Assembly (NCBI GenBank): GCA_019358935.1
Contig: JAHHIK010000009.1
Location: 32,001-96,000 of the forward strand
Origin: Tolypothrix carrinoi HA7290-LM1
GTDB taxonomy: Bacteria; Cyanobacteriota; Cyanobacteriia; Cyanobacteriales; Nostocaceae
DNA: 64,000 bases
Reading direction: 5' to 3'
Both the position numbers and the translations under genes were made by a program. The notes below the pieces were generated by a model, which ran no database searches, was not told where the DNA came from, and worked only from the letters and a program-made list of their open reading frames with translations. The first letter of the stretch is position 1; each line of letters starts with the position of its first letter. Below are positions 20,377 through 29,815 of the stretch, piece after piece.

Positions 20377-21288
20377 TTAGTAAGGCAATTTGTCTAATTC
20401 GGATGAATTAGCTGGTGAGATTCCGACTGTTTCTACTGCACTTGGTAGTAGTAAATTATTATCTAGACCTGGAATTGCCATAGGTTTGTTGGGTTCGAGG
20501 GATTCCCATACGTAATTCTTAACGTCAGCTTTAAACCCTACGAAGTAGTTTTGCCATGTTTCTAGTGTTGGGGTTTCGTGTTCGACTACCTTGCAAGCAA
20601 AACTTTTTTGTTTGGTTCCAGCTTGTTCTCTAGCTGTTTTGAAGCAAAAGATTCCTAGAGAATAAAACAAGGTATTTTTTTGTTTGGCTGGGATACCATT
20701 AATAATTGAATGGCAAGTATTTAATTCTTTGCAGAATTCTTGCCAATGAGTGGCAAAGGATGCTTGATTTGCGCCCATTGCCTTATAAGTTAGGGGAATT
20801 TGATGCAGGGGTTGATTATTTTTGTCTAGCAGGAAGACTTGAAAATACTGTAGGTTGCCAATATTTTCGTCTTCTTTCATTTCAAGAGTGTACTTTCCTA
20901 AAATTATTGTTGACGAGTTTGGTTCTTGGGATTGCTTTCTATCAAATCCCAACACTGGCGATTTGGGACACACCAACATTCTGGGATTTTGGATAAGAAT
21001 ACCCTTTTCTTCACCACCGCTAGACTCAAACGTGTAGGTTATGAGTTGCTTGTCGTCAAAGTCCATCCAACCTGCATTTGCCATTTGGTCTACACTTATG
21101 AAATACCCGCAGGTTTGTGAGGTAGTACCGCGAAGTGCTTGGATGCGAGGGAGTCGTGCATTTGGGTCTAAAAACTCAGGCGAACAAAATTCATCTTTTT
21201 CTGTTACTTGAGGAATTGTTGTTGAATGAGTTTCGGCAGTATTACTTTTTGTTTGAGTTTCATTTAAATTGGCTTGAGTTTTAGCCAT
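20377..21288 (-). CDS. Conserved cyanobacterial plasmid protein (DUF5895-like, from recall)
   Basis: 303 aa; LPRIQALRG...GYFI motif; ends ELDKLPY. Confidence 0.55.
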   Translation of the reverse strand: MAKTQANLNETQTKSNTAETHSTTIPQVTEKDEFCSPEFLDPNARLPRIQALRGTTSQTCGYFISVDQMANAGWMDFDDKQLITYTFESSGGEEKGILIQNPRMLVCPKSPVLGFDRKQSQEPNSSTIILGKYTLEMKEDENIGNLQYFQVFLLDKNNQPLHQIPLTYKAMGANQASFATHWQEFCKELNTCHSIINGIPAKQKNTLFYSLGIFCFKTAREQAGTKQKSFACKVVEHETPTLETWQNYFVGFKADVKNYVWESLEPNKPMAIPGLDNNLLLPSAVETVGISPANSSELDKLPY

Positions 21289-21402
21289 ATTTATCCTTAT
21301 TGAACTAGTTCATATACCCTGTGCATTTGCATATGCCGTGATAAAAAATAAAGTTGCCTGTTATAAACAAGTAACTTAAAAGTTAATCTTGGAAGTAATT
21401 AT

Positions 21403-21663
21403 TTAAGTAATCTCTTCTAAGTCGTATGAATATTCTCCTTCTAAATACTCATTTTTAGTCTTAATAAGTTTGTGATACGTTTTTTCTAAATTGCTGATTA
21501 ATTCTTGAAGAACTAGCGTGGTTTCAGTAGTGAAAGTTAGACTCACTGTTGTGCCAATTGAATTATGTATTGCGACTGTTTGTTCATCTGGACTACCGTA
21601 CACTGTGACGCTACTTTCTTTTCCAGGAATAAATCTGTAGGATGTGATTGTCTGAATTGTCAT
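21403..21663 (-). CDS. Hypothetical protein
   Basis: 86-aa ATG ORF co-oriented in the block. Confidence 0.5.
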   Translation of the reverse strand: MTIQTITSYRFIPGKESSVTVYGSPDEQTVAIHNSIGTTVSLTFTTETTLVLQELISNLEKTYHKLIKTKNEYLEGEYSYDLEEIT

Positions 21664-21890
21664 TTTACTTCTTGGCTATTTTGGTTTTTTTTGCAACATA
21701 TTGTTGACTAAATTAGTGATATTACTTAGCTTTAAACTAGCTAGTTTGCACTTGCTTACAGCATCTTCTAACTTCCAACTCTTGCTATTCAAGTATTTTG
21801 TAGCTAATGTGCTTCTCTCATATGGGAAATAGGTATGTTATATACCTATTCCTATTTTCGTCAACCTGCCAGTATACAATGCGTTTATAA

Positions 21891-22031
21891 TAGACCTGTC
21901 CGCAAATAAAGCTCAAAATAGCTGAAACCCTTACATAGCTTACTTTTTAGCTCAGGGAAGAGAGAAAACTCTAAAACCCTCTCCAGAGCTAGGTTTCAGG
22001 CAAATAAAGTTATCATTTCCGGATAAGTCTA
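21891..22031. mobile_element. 141-bp MITE-like element
   Basis: Imperfect 17-bp terminal inverted repeats tagacctgtccgcaaat / atttccggataagtcta; no coding content. Confidence 0.6.
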
Positions 22032-22036
22032 ATACA

Positions 22037-23098
22037 TTAAGGCTTGTATATTTTGATGATGCGGGTGGCTACGCTTGTGGGGTTATTTGATTGCAAAAAG
22101 GCATCTTTGGGTAGAGACTCATCATATAAATTCCAATTTTCTAGCCATTCTTTAAAATCCTTATATTTATTGTTGAAGAATACTGACTCTGGAACTATTG
22201 CTATCAGGATTCCTCCTGAATGAATTAACTTCCACGCATGGTAAATATGTTCAATTAATTGAGAGAAGGGAGGGTTCATAATGATATGAGAGTATAAATT
22301 TTCGGCTGTACAACCTAGAAAATCTCTACCTACTAAGTTGAACCCTTTCAATTCGAGGATTCTACGTAGAGTTGGGTTAATCTCTACTACTTCTAAATTG
22401 ACTTGATGATATTTATTGAGTATGGATTCGGCAATACAGCCAGAGCCAGCGCTGGGTTCAAGTATGCGAGAGCTTTCATTAATTTCTGCTAACTGAATTA
22501 GGCGATCGCAAACAGGAGGTGGGCTGGGGAAGAAGTCTCCAGACTTCATTCCAATGATTTTTAACTCCAGCCGATTTAGCTCTTGTTGAGTAGTATTAAC
22601 CTTATCAGGTTTAACAACTTTCTGAATTTCAGCTATCGCAGACATAATCTCGCCTGCGGTGCAAATACTTGCGCGGTAGAGAGACTTTATCCTATCTTGA
22701 TAATACTCATTGGAGAGAATTTCTTCTACCTCTTCGAGAGTCCTTGCTCTTTGAGAGATTTTGTACAGTGCTTCTGCTTGGGACTTTTGGGAGATGCCCC
22801 GCAGCACTTCGGGGGTATTTCCCACAAACCACATTTGGGCTATAGCAAGTAACCAAGATTGGATTGTTTGTAGTTCTACTCCTTCGGCGATAATTGATTG
22901 AGCGATTGTTTTGCGGCGTTTGGTTGCCCGCTGTTTGTTTATGGCAGGATTGAGCTTATTGTCAATTGATTGTTGCATCGAGGTGGCAAGTTCTTGCAGT
23001 TTCGCGGCTTGCTTCGGGTTGGGAGTGTTGAGATTGAAGGTGTAGATTTCGCCGGGGGTTGTATGTTCTGGGATTATTTTAAAGAGCGATAGTTGCAT
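22037..23098 (-). CDS. Amino (N6A/N4C-type) methyltransferase, probably acting on DNA
   Basis: DFFPSP, ILEPSAGSG (motif I), IIMNPPF (motif IV); likely start MQLSLF at 23098. Confidence 0.8.
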   Translation of the reverse strand: MQLSLFKIIPEHTTPGEIYTFNLNTPNPKQAAKLQELATSMQQSIDNKLNPAINKQRATKRRKTIAQSIIAEGVELQTIQSWLLAIAQMWFVGNTPEVLRGISQKSQAEALYKISQRARTLEEVEEILSNEYYQDRIKSLYRASICTAGEIMSAIAEIQKVVKPDKVNTTQQELNRLELKIIGMKSGDFFPSPPPVCDRLIQLAEINESSRILEPSAGSGCIAESILNKYHQVNLEVVEINPTLRRILELKGFNLVGRDFLGCTAENLYSHIIMNPPFSQLIEHIYHAWKLIHSGGILIAIVPESVFFNNKYKDFKEWLENWNLYDESLPKDAFLQSNNPTSVATRIIKIYKP

Positions 23099-23399
23099 TT
23101 TCTTGTAGATCCTTGAGCGCGCATTTGACAATGAGTGATTCTTCTGTACCCCAGACTTTTATTTCCCAAGGAGTATTTAGGCGTTCGCTTGGGCGAATTA
23201 CAGCTTTAGTGCATTTGTCCTTACGGGTTATCCATACAAGGAAGCTTTCGGCTTTTTCCTTAGAGTTAAACCCAAAGTAGGTAGTTTTTCTTACTCCCGT
23301 AGGGCTGGTAATGGTGGCGACTCGCGGAGATAAAATGTTAAATGTCCAACCATCGGGGGTAAGTTCAACTTTTTTGACTTTAATTTCTGGGGAGTTCAT
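23079..23399 (-). CDS. Hypothetical protein
   Basis: 106 aa; overlaps both neighbours, consistent with an operon. Confidence 0.6.
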   Translation of the reverse strand: MNSPEIKVKKVELTPDGWTFNILSPRVATITSPTGVRKTTYFGFNSKEKAESFLVWITRKDKCTKAVIRPSERLNTPWEIKVWGTEESLIVKCALKDLQENATIAL

Positions 23400-24070
23400 A
23401 ATTCAACTTCAGGAATGGCATCTAGATATTCTTTAGTTGTAATTTCCCTATTCATCCACTTGTGATGGATGATTTCTAAACTTTCTTGCTCAACTTCTTG
23501 TTGAATTTCCTCTACCGCAAACTGTGTAATAATAGACAACAGTCTTTCTTTGAAAGCTATGTGTTTTACTTCTGAATAGGTGAATTGGTAAATATCCGCT
23601 GTGTTGACGAACAAGTAGATTAGATTAATTTTTTCCGCTGGTAATTGGGTTTTCTCATAGAGTAAGAATAATCTTAGTTGAGTATGAAATGAATTCTCTA
23701 AAGACTGAAAATTTGATGGTTTTTGGATAGTCCAGTCCAGTGCAATTACCTGTTGTTCCTGATAAATGATTAAGTCATAATTAGCGTGGACTAACTGTGA
23801 CTTGTAGAGATACTGCGCTTCGGCATTCCATTGTTTGTTACCAGGAATTTCTAGAAATGGTAGCAGCACTTTTACCCACTTGCCTAATTGAGGATATGCC
23901 TTTAAGAATGGTTCTACAGGTAGTCCTAGCCCAATCTGCTGCATGATGATGTGAAACTTGCCACCAAGTTTTTCACCTTGGCTAATTGGTGATGTACGTA
24001 TGGTGTTTTTACCTGAACTTTTACTTTCACATTCAAGCTTTTCTAACAGACTTGGATTAAATCTGTCCAT
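23396..24070 (-). CDS. PD-(D/E)XK (RecB-like) nuclease-fold protein, possibly inactive
   Basis: G..FH, E, YDLII, LDWT (DWK expected), QLRLFL. Confidence 0.6.
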   Translation of the reverse strand: MDRFNPSLLEKLECESKSSGKNTIRTSPISQGEKLGGKFHIIMQQIGLGLPVEPFLKAYPQLGKWVKVLLPFLEIPGNKQWNAEAQYLYKSQLVHANYDLIIYQEQQVIALDWTIQKPSNFQSLENSFHTQLRLFLLYEKTQLPAEKINLIYLFVNTADIYQFTYSEVKHIAFKERLLSIITQFAVEEIQQEVEQESLEIIHHKWMNREITTKEYLDAIPEVEL

Positions 24071-24134
24071 AATAAAAATCTGTCCTAAAAAATACTCAGG
24101 ACAGATATGTGTTAACTGTTGTGGTTGTTTTTAT

Positions 24135-24968
24135 TTAGACAGTGTGATATTTATCTAAGTTTTTAACTGTGGTTTGGATACTGCGACAAGACATAGAAAT
24201 TAGGTTGAAGTAGCTAACAAACTTGCTTATTTTTCCTATTAGGGTTAACTCTAATAGGTATTGGGATGCAATGGCTGATGTCATGCGGTTTATGAATAGA
24301 GTTTGGTGATTAAGTATTTGAATTTCCGCACACGAGAGGTTGTTGCTGCTAAGTTCTTCAGGCTTTGGGATTAGTAATTCGGGATGTACCAGCGCTGGGG
24401 ATGGTAGGTGTTTCCAGAATGCGGGTTTATCTGGGTTATTGGAGGCGGTTACAATATTGAAATCAGCGTGGGTTCCTAATATAACTTGTCCTGATAGTGA
24501 ACTGTTACCGCAGTCTAGCCAGAAGAAGTCAGCTTGTTCGCGCGGGCTGTTATATTTTAAACACGAGTGAATTTGTGCCCTGGCGGCAGCATTGTCCACG
24601 CAGCCGATGATAATTGTGAGGGTATTCCACTTGTAATTTTCTACATGGTTAGGGGAAAACCAATCTGAAATTGCTGTTACTACTACCCCATATTTGGCAC
24701 TGCACCTGGTGGCTAGACATTGTGCTTTGGGAAAACTTATCTCAGATGGTTGGTAATTTTGGCGTGCGATATTTTTAGGTTCGACGCTATCTCCATCGAT
24801 GATGGTGAGGTTAGCCTTTTTCTCGTTTTGCTGTAGCTGTACTATGAGGCGGCAAACATCTTCGGCAAGATACCCCCCTGTGCCACCAGCCCCTACTAAA
24901 ATAAAATTTACTTTGCGGTGGGGACGGGGGAGAACGGGTAAGAAAAATTCTGTGTCGATTTGTATCAT
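24135..24968 (-). CDS. ThiF/E1-like adenylyltransferase of a PRTRC-type cassette
   Basis: LVGAGGTGG, DGDSVEPKNIARQ, GCVDNAAAR, WLDCGN, GQVILG, LSCAE. Confidence 0.9.
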   Translation of the reverse strand: MIQIDTEFFLPVLPRPHRKVNFILVGAGGTGGYLAEDVCRLIVQLQQNEKKANLTIIDGDSVEPKNIARQNYQPSEISFPKAQCLATRCSAKYGVVVTAISDWFSPNHVENYKWNTLTIIIGCVDNAAARAQIHSCLKYNSPREQADFFWLDCGNSSLSGQVILGTHADFNIVTASNNPDKPAFWKHLPSPALVHPELLIPKPEELSSNNLSCAEIQILNHQTLFINRMTSAIASQYLLELTLIGKISKFVSYFNLISMSCRSIQTTVKNLDKYHTV

Positions 24969-25537
24969 AACTCAAATATCAAATTAGGGTCAATTTCAAT
25001 GAAGTGGTTGTATGCCCCTACGCGGGTGTAGATGGTAGGCTTTTTGTCAACTGTGCCGATAATTCCAAATATGCGGAACTTTCCTGACTCCTCTTGGTTG
25101 TCTTGGTTGCTGGGGATTGCTCTCATACAGCCGTGTGAGTGGATTTCAACCAATGTTTGGCTGTATCTGAGGTTTGTATTTTCCAGCGAGCGCACATGAG
25201 TTGAGGATGCTTCTTGTGCTGGTGTGTGACACCACCATTGGCTATTTGCAACCCCCAAATAAAAAAGGATTTCTTGATGGGGATTAATCCGCGCAGCATT
25301 GATGATGTCTGCAATTATGCTTGCTGGCACTTTTGGTACATTTAACTTGAAATAGGGTTGTATTTGTGCCAATCCTATTATGTGGGTATGGGCGATTTGC
25401 AAGCAGATTTCTAATTCTGGGCGGTGCGATCGCGCATATACTCCATCAGATGCAAGCCAGTATTCCTGAAGTTTTTGGCTCTTTGGGGGAAGGTTGTGAC
25501 TGACAGCGTAGTTATAGCTGATGAAGAGGTTATTCAT
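24965..25537 (-). CDS. JAB/MPN metallopeptidase (PRTRC protein A-like)
   Basis: Upstream E (HQEIL) and EIHSHG...PSNQD JAMM motif. Confidence 0.85.
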   Translation of the reverse strand: MNNLFISYNYAVSHNLPPKSQKLQEYWLASDGVYARSHRPELEICLQIAHTHIIGLAQIQPYFKLNVPKVPASIIADIINAARINPHQEILFYLGVANSQWWCHTPAQEASSTHVRSLENTNLRYSQTLVEIHSHGCMRAIPSNQDNQEESGKFRIFGIIGTVDKKPTIYTRVGAYNHFIEIDPNLIFEL

Positions 25538-26246
25538 GTTGGAATAGATACTTGGGTATATCGTTTGGCGTTTTGATTGTTTGATACTCTCTAGCGACTA
25601 ATTCCTTTGCTGGGAAGGATTTTGTGGTTCGTAGGCTGATCAACAAGTCGCAGACATTGTGGGGGTGTGATTTTGATTTGTTTTGGCTGAAGTCTTGGTT
25701 GAAAGGGCTGTTCCAGAACAATTTCCAGGTTTTATTGATTGAGTCGGGATTACAAGCAGGTGGGATGTTCCTACCGAAGCAAATTTTATTTGAGTCGTCC
25801 CAAATATTTGGTAACGGCGCTTTGTATAATTGACAATCCTGCTTGAAGGTTCTTCCTTTAACTGCCCATAAGTAGTAGCTGCTGTTGCATCCAGCGAATA
25901 TAAATGCTGGCATGGGAATAGTTATTGTATTGTTTCCTTCTGGAGTTTGTATTGAGACTGAATATTTTTGGGGCGGGTAAAATTGAATAATACCTTCTCC
26001 ATTTGGTGTTATTTCCCACCACAGCGTATTGGGAGATAACCATCCTGAATTTACAGTTTTGGCTGTAAACGCTTTTTCCACAGCTTCAGGCGATAGAAAT
26101 TTATGCTGTGTTTTATTACCTTCTTTTTCTATCAGTACAAACTGTCCTTTGAGAATGATTAGATGCCCTAAAATTTCCTGCTGTGGAATGTTATTCAGTA
26201 TGACTTGAGTGTTTAATCCTGTATTTATATGGCAGCTTGATTCCAT
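25530..26246 (-). CDS. Prokaryotic E2 family protein (PRTRC protein B-like)
   Basis: IPMPAFIF, LWAVK, LYKAPLPNIW...KICFG, FWNSPFN. Confidence 0.8.
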   Translation of the reverse strand: MESSCHINTGLNTQVILNNIPQQEILGHLIILKGQFVLIEKEGNKTQHKFLSPEAVEKAFTAKTVNSGWLSPNTLWWEITPNGEGIIQFYPPQKYSVSIQTPEGNNTITIPMPAFIFAGCNSSYYLWAVKGRTFKQDCQLYKAPLPNIWDDSNKICFGRNIPPACNPDSINKTWKLFWNSPFNQDFSQNKSKSHPHNVCDLLISLRTTKSFPAKELVAREYQTIKTPNDIPKYLFQHE

Positions 26247-26947
26247 ATTTTGACTACCTTCTTTCGATTGGCTATTGATACTTCTATCCAGTCTGATAAC
26301 TCTTCAAATTGGTTTAATATGATGCTGGCTTCTTGCCATTTATCGGCGATCAGTAATACATTTTCTTCACTCCACTCCCACCAATATCCAGTTTCATAGG
26401 TTGTGTCTAACCAAATATTGCCTGTTGAATAGTCGAGAACACTCAGGCTAGTTACTAAATATTTGATTGGTGATTTTAACTTGTTACAGATTTTTACAAG
26501 TTTTTGAAAGTCTATATTTTCCACATCTGCTATATAATCAGGTTTAAACCCAAATTCTTCTTCCCAATATTCAAGGCTATACCCACTACCCATAACCGAG
26601 AGTAAGAATTTTTCGCTTGCCTCTAAATCTTCAAGGTTTTCATTCCACCATTCAAGTCTTTGTGGTAATATAGCTATACTTTCATACTCTCCGTATGTTT
26701 CTATTTCATCAATAAATTCAACTGGAAACAAGTTTGAATTTACTAGGTGAATAAATTCAATTTCTCTATCTGAATATATGCAATCAGGATGTGTTTTTCT
26801 GTTTATAGGTGTTTTTGACTCATACCATTCTTCTGCAAATAGTTTTTGATATAAACTGAGTAAACTTGCTTTTTGAGAGAAGTTTTCCAGATAGGTGATT
26901 GCTTCTGTACAGGTGATGGGTATTTTAAATAGTTCTAGTGATATCAT
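26225..26947 (-). CDS. Hypothetical acidic protein in the PRTRC cassette (positional equivalent of protein F)
   Basis: Lies between the Ubl and E2 genes and overlaps E2; STGNIWLD motif. Confidence 0.55.
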   Translation of the reverse strand: MISLELFKIPITCTEAITYLENFSQKASLLSLYQKLFAEEWYESKTPINRKTHPDCIYSDREIEFIHLVNSNLFPVEFIDEIETYGEYESIAILPQRLEWWNENLEDLEASEKFLLSVMGSGYSLEYWEEEFGFKPDYIADVENIDFQKLVKICNKLKSPIKYLVTSLSVLDYSTGNIWLDTTYETGYWWEWSEENVLLIADKWQEASIILNQFEELSDWIEVSIANRKKVVKIWNQAAI

Positions 26948-26991
26948 GATGAACGATAACTGCCGCTAGTGTGGATAGCGGCGTTGCTTAA

Positions 26992-27414
26992 CTACAATAC
27001 GGGATAATTGCTGGATGCAGGGGGTTGTTGTCCGAGGGACTTAAAAACCTTATCTGTATATGTTTCCCAGTTTTCCCCCATTTTGATTGTCTGATTTATT
27101 TGTGAGCGCATACTAATTAAAACTTCTAAAGTTAGTTGATTTTTTATTTCTAGAAGCTTCAATTCCCAAGCTAATACAAACGCTGGGTTAATTTGTTCAG
27201 ATGCTAATTTGAGTTCTGTGATGCAATTACCCTTGGTTCCAGCGCGTTTAACAAGTCTTATTTCGGTTGTTTCTCCTGTAGTTGTACGAGTAATTTCGGC
27301 ATTGGCATATTCTGGAAAATAAGTGCTGATTGCCAGTCTTAGCTTGTTGTCATCTATTGCTGTATTTGGTGGGATAGGAACTTGCTGCCCTTCGATAATA
27401 GCGATATAATTCAT
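26992..27414 (-). CDS. Prokaryotic ubiquitin-like protein (PRTRC protein C-like) with a 78-aa C-terminal extension
   Basis: YFPEYANAEI...LVKRAGTKG is the protein C signature but occurs internally, ending at residue 62 of 140. Confidence 0.75.
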   Translation of the reverse strand: MNYIAIIEGQQVPIPPNTAIDDNKLRLAISTYFPEYANAEITRTTTGETTEIRLVKRAGTKGNCITELKLASEQINPAFVLAWELKLLEIKNQLTLEVLISMRSQINQTIKMGENWETYTDKVFKSLGQQPPASSNYPVL

Positions 27415-27419
27415 GGCGA

Positions 27420-27869
27420 TTAGAATAGTGAAAGTTGTTGTTTATCCGACTCGTTTGGATGGAAGTTATTAGATAAATCTCGTTTTTGTACTTGTTTACG
27501 CTCCTGAGATTGATTAATATGATTAAGAGCAATCTTTCTTTTTTCGGCGGCTTCAATAATTTTAGGTAAGGCTACCTCTAATTCTTGAATACTTTCTTGA
27601 ATGATGGTTTGTTGGGTTATTTCCTGATAGCTAGCATTTTTGATAATGGGAGGTGCATTTTTAATACCAATGGAGAAAATAGCCTGTTGCTCGTCTGGAT
27701 AAATTTGGATGGTTATTAGATAGACTTTAGGGTTTGATATGCTGTTGCTGTTATCTTCATAATCATCTGTTTCATCACTATCTTCTAAGCTATTGTTGTT
27801 ACTAGAATTCAAATCACTACTGTAACTAGCTTTGGAGTTAGTTACACTTTCTTGCTCTTGATTGTTCAT
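27420..27869 (-). CDS. Hypothetical protein (positional equivalent of PRTRC protein E) ending QQLSLF
   Basis: ATG at 27869 overlaps the primase stop (ATGA); acidic N-terminus; stop lies 5 nt before the Ubl gene. Confidence 0.6.
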   Translation of the reverse strand: MNNQEQESVTNSKASYSSDLNSSNNNSLEDSDETDDYEDNSNSISNPKVYLITIQIYPDEQQAIFSIGIKNAPPIIKNASYQEITQQTIIQESIQELEVALPKIIEAAEKRKIALNHINQSQERKQVQKRDLSNNFHPNESDKQQLSLF

Positions 27870-28834
27870 GAGAGGTTGGCAAATTTTGCAAGGGTACGAA
27901 TGGTAATGCCTGTTCTGCGGAAAGACTGCCATTTGTAGGCACATTCTCCTGGTTTGTATTTGGGTGATAGTTGACTCCATATGTCCCAGGCTTTGAGTAA
28001 GGTAGGGCTGACTGATTTAAGTGCCATTCCAACTTGAATCCAAGTTGTATAGTCAGAAGCGAACCTGGGGTGTATGACTTCTAAGAATGTAAGTGCAGCT
28101 TGAATATTGGTTTCAATATCGGGGTATAAGTTTACGCATCTGTTTGCCTGATGTGTGCGGTTAGATTTTTCTTGGAGAGAACTCGATGGAGAGTGAATTA
28201 CCCTTTCCTTCTCCTGCTTTAATAGCATTTGGGCTACTACCCAATCTGGTGCGTAAGCAACTTGTTTTTCTTGCGGACTGCAACCGGGAACCCACCGATA
28301 GTATCTTCCTTCTGGGTGGTAGGAAGGAGGTAAAACTGACGCATGATTTTTACCTCTAAACTCCAGATTTGAGATTTTGCTGGACTTGATTGATGATTTT
28401 TCAGTGATTAAGTATAGAAGTTGGCGCTTGTATTCACCTCCAGAGGTGAAGGCGACAGTCGCCGGGAGGTATGCAAGTGCGCTTTCGTATAACTTTTGGG
28501 GAGAAATTTTGTCTATTTCACCCTCTTCTAGTTTTTTGTTGAGGATTAGAATTTGACCCCAGGCGCGGAATCCGTCGCAGTCGATAGCGACGATGTGTCC
28601 TTCGGGTTGGTTATCGCCGCAGACAATAGCAACCCCAGTGGCAGGTGTATACCTCTTCCCCGACCAAATTTTGCATCTAGTACGAATGAGTTCGGCTTGT
28701 AGCTGTTTGGGTGAGTAAGTTTTATACTGCCATTCTTTTCCCCCCAGAGGTCGCTTGCCAAATGTGGGTATAACCCTCCATCTGTCGGGTAGTGTTTCCA
28801 GGGACGAGATAATTTTACCTGCCTGGGCGTGCAT
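27866..28834 (-). CDS. Bifunctional primase-polymerase (Prim-Pol, AEP fold) with a PriCT-2 domain
   Basis: VIP..GKRP, TGVAIVCG, VAIDCDG, SVLPPSYHP; C-terminal DYTTWIQVGMALK...WDIWSQLSPKYKPGEC..KWQSF. Confidence 0.85.
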   Translation of the reverse strand: MHAQAGKIISSLETLPDRWRVIPTFGKRPLGGKEWQYKTYSPKQLQAELIRTRCKIWSGKRYTPATGVAIVCGDNQPEGHIVAIDCDGFRAWGQILILNKKLEEGEIDKISPQKLYESALAYLPATVAFTSGGEYKRQLLYLITEKSSIKSSKISNLEFRGKNHASVLPPSYHPEGRYYRWVPGCSPQEKQVAYAPDWVVAQMLLKQEKERVIHSPSSSLQEKSNRTHQANRCVNLYPDIETNIQAALTFLEVIHPRFASDYTTWIQVGMALKSVSPTLLKAWDIWSQLSPKYKPGECAYKWQSFRRTGITIRTLAKFANLS

Positions 28835-28940
28835 GATTTCATTTGATTCCTACTAGTTAACTTTAGTAACTAGATGCATGAGCTTTTGGTGGTGGTTAGC
28901 TGTATTTTGGGCAAGCAGTTATTACTACTTGCCCTATGTT

Positions 28941-29672
28941 TTAGGCTAATCGTTGACTAAGAGCATTTTCCACTTGATAAGTTCCAAGAGTGCAGTTTGC
29001 ATCATAGGGGAAAGTGGGAAATTCCGGGAATTTATTTATAGCTTTTGTTACCCTACACATCACCATTGCTCCCTCCCTTCCCTTTTTGTTTAGTAAGTGA
29101 TGATAGCTGATGACTTCAAATTCATTGTTACCTGCTTCAAATTTGCTTTTTGCGTGTAGGGAAATAGCCTTTTCCCAATTGGGTTGCCATGACATAAGGG
29201 TATTGATTGCTTTTTCTCTAAATGTCGTGTTATCCATGTAATTAAGAATATCTGATACACAACTCTCCCTTTTAGCTATAACTTCGCGAGCGTAATTAAT
29301 TAACCAGTATTCTGCTTCTTGAAGTAGGGTGCGTGATTTTCTATCCAGGCATATTTCGTCATGGCTTTTTGCCATTACATATGCCCGTTGCTCAAAAACC
29401 ATACCGTTAAGGCGCATTTTTAAATCAGATGGATAAAAGGTCATCAAATCAGCTAATTCATCACTAATTGCAGGTAAGGGATATTTGATCGGGGGATAGA
29501 TTTTGACTTGATATCCTAAATTTACTGCATGTTCAACTATTAGGTGAATATCGGATGCAGGGATACAATCACCTATTTGGTAATTTTTATCCAGAAGTAA
29601 ATATGTTGGCGCATGAACAATTTGGAATTTTTGAGGTGATTGTTCGCAGTCAGGAACTAGCTCTACGTACAT
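28941..29672 (-). CDS. Hypothetical protein
   Basis: About 243-aa ORF between the helicase and primase genes. Confidence 0.6.
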   Translation of the reverse strand: MYVELVPDCEQSPQKFQIVHAPTYLLLDKNYQIGDCIPASDIHLIVEHAVNLGYQVKIYPPIKYPLPAISDELADLMTFYPSDLKMRLNGMVFEQRAYVMAKSHDEICLDRKSRTLLQEAEYWLINYAREVIAKRESCVSDILNYMDNTTFREKAINTLMSWQPNWEKAISLHAKSKFEAGNNEFEVISYHHLLNKKGREGAMVMCRVTKAINKFPEFPTFPYDANCTLGTYQVENALSQRLA

Positions 29673-29815
29673 AATACTAACCAAATTATTTTTTATTTGG
29701 TTAGGCGTTAGTTAGTGTCGTGATTTTGCTGTTGCAGTGTTGTGTAAAATTTCTTATAAAGCTAATAGACTTCATATAAAAAGTTCTGCTCTTAATGTAT
29801 AGAGCAGAACTTGTT

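Noticed and set aside
22037..24070. Type II restriction-modification pair
   Set aside because: The nuclease-fold gene lacks the catalytic lysine and resembles RecB-like families rather than a cognate restriction enzyme.
24135..26246. CBASS Cap2/Cap3 or thiamine/molybdopterin biosynthesis
   Set aside because: No CD-NTase, effector, or thi/moa genes. Gene set and motifs fit PRTRC.
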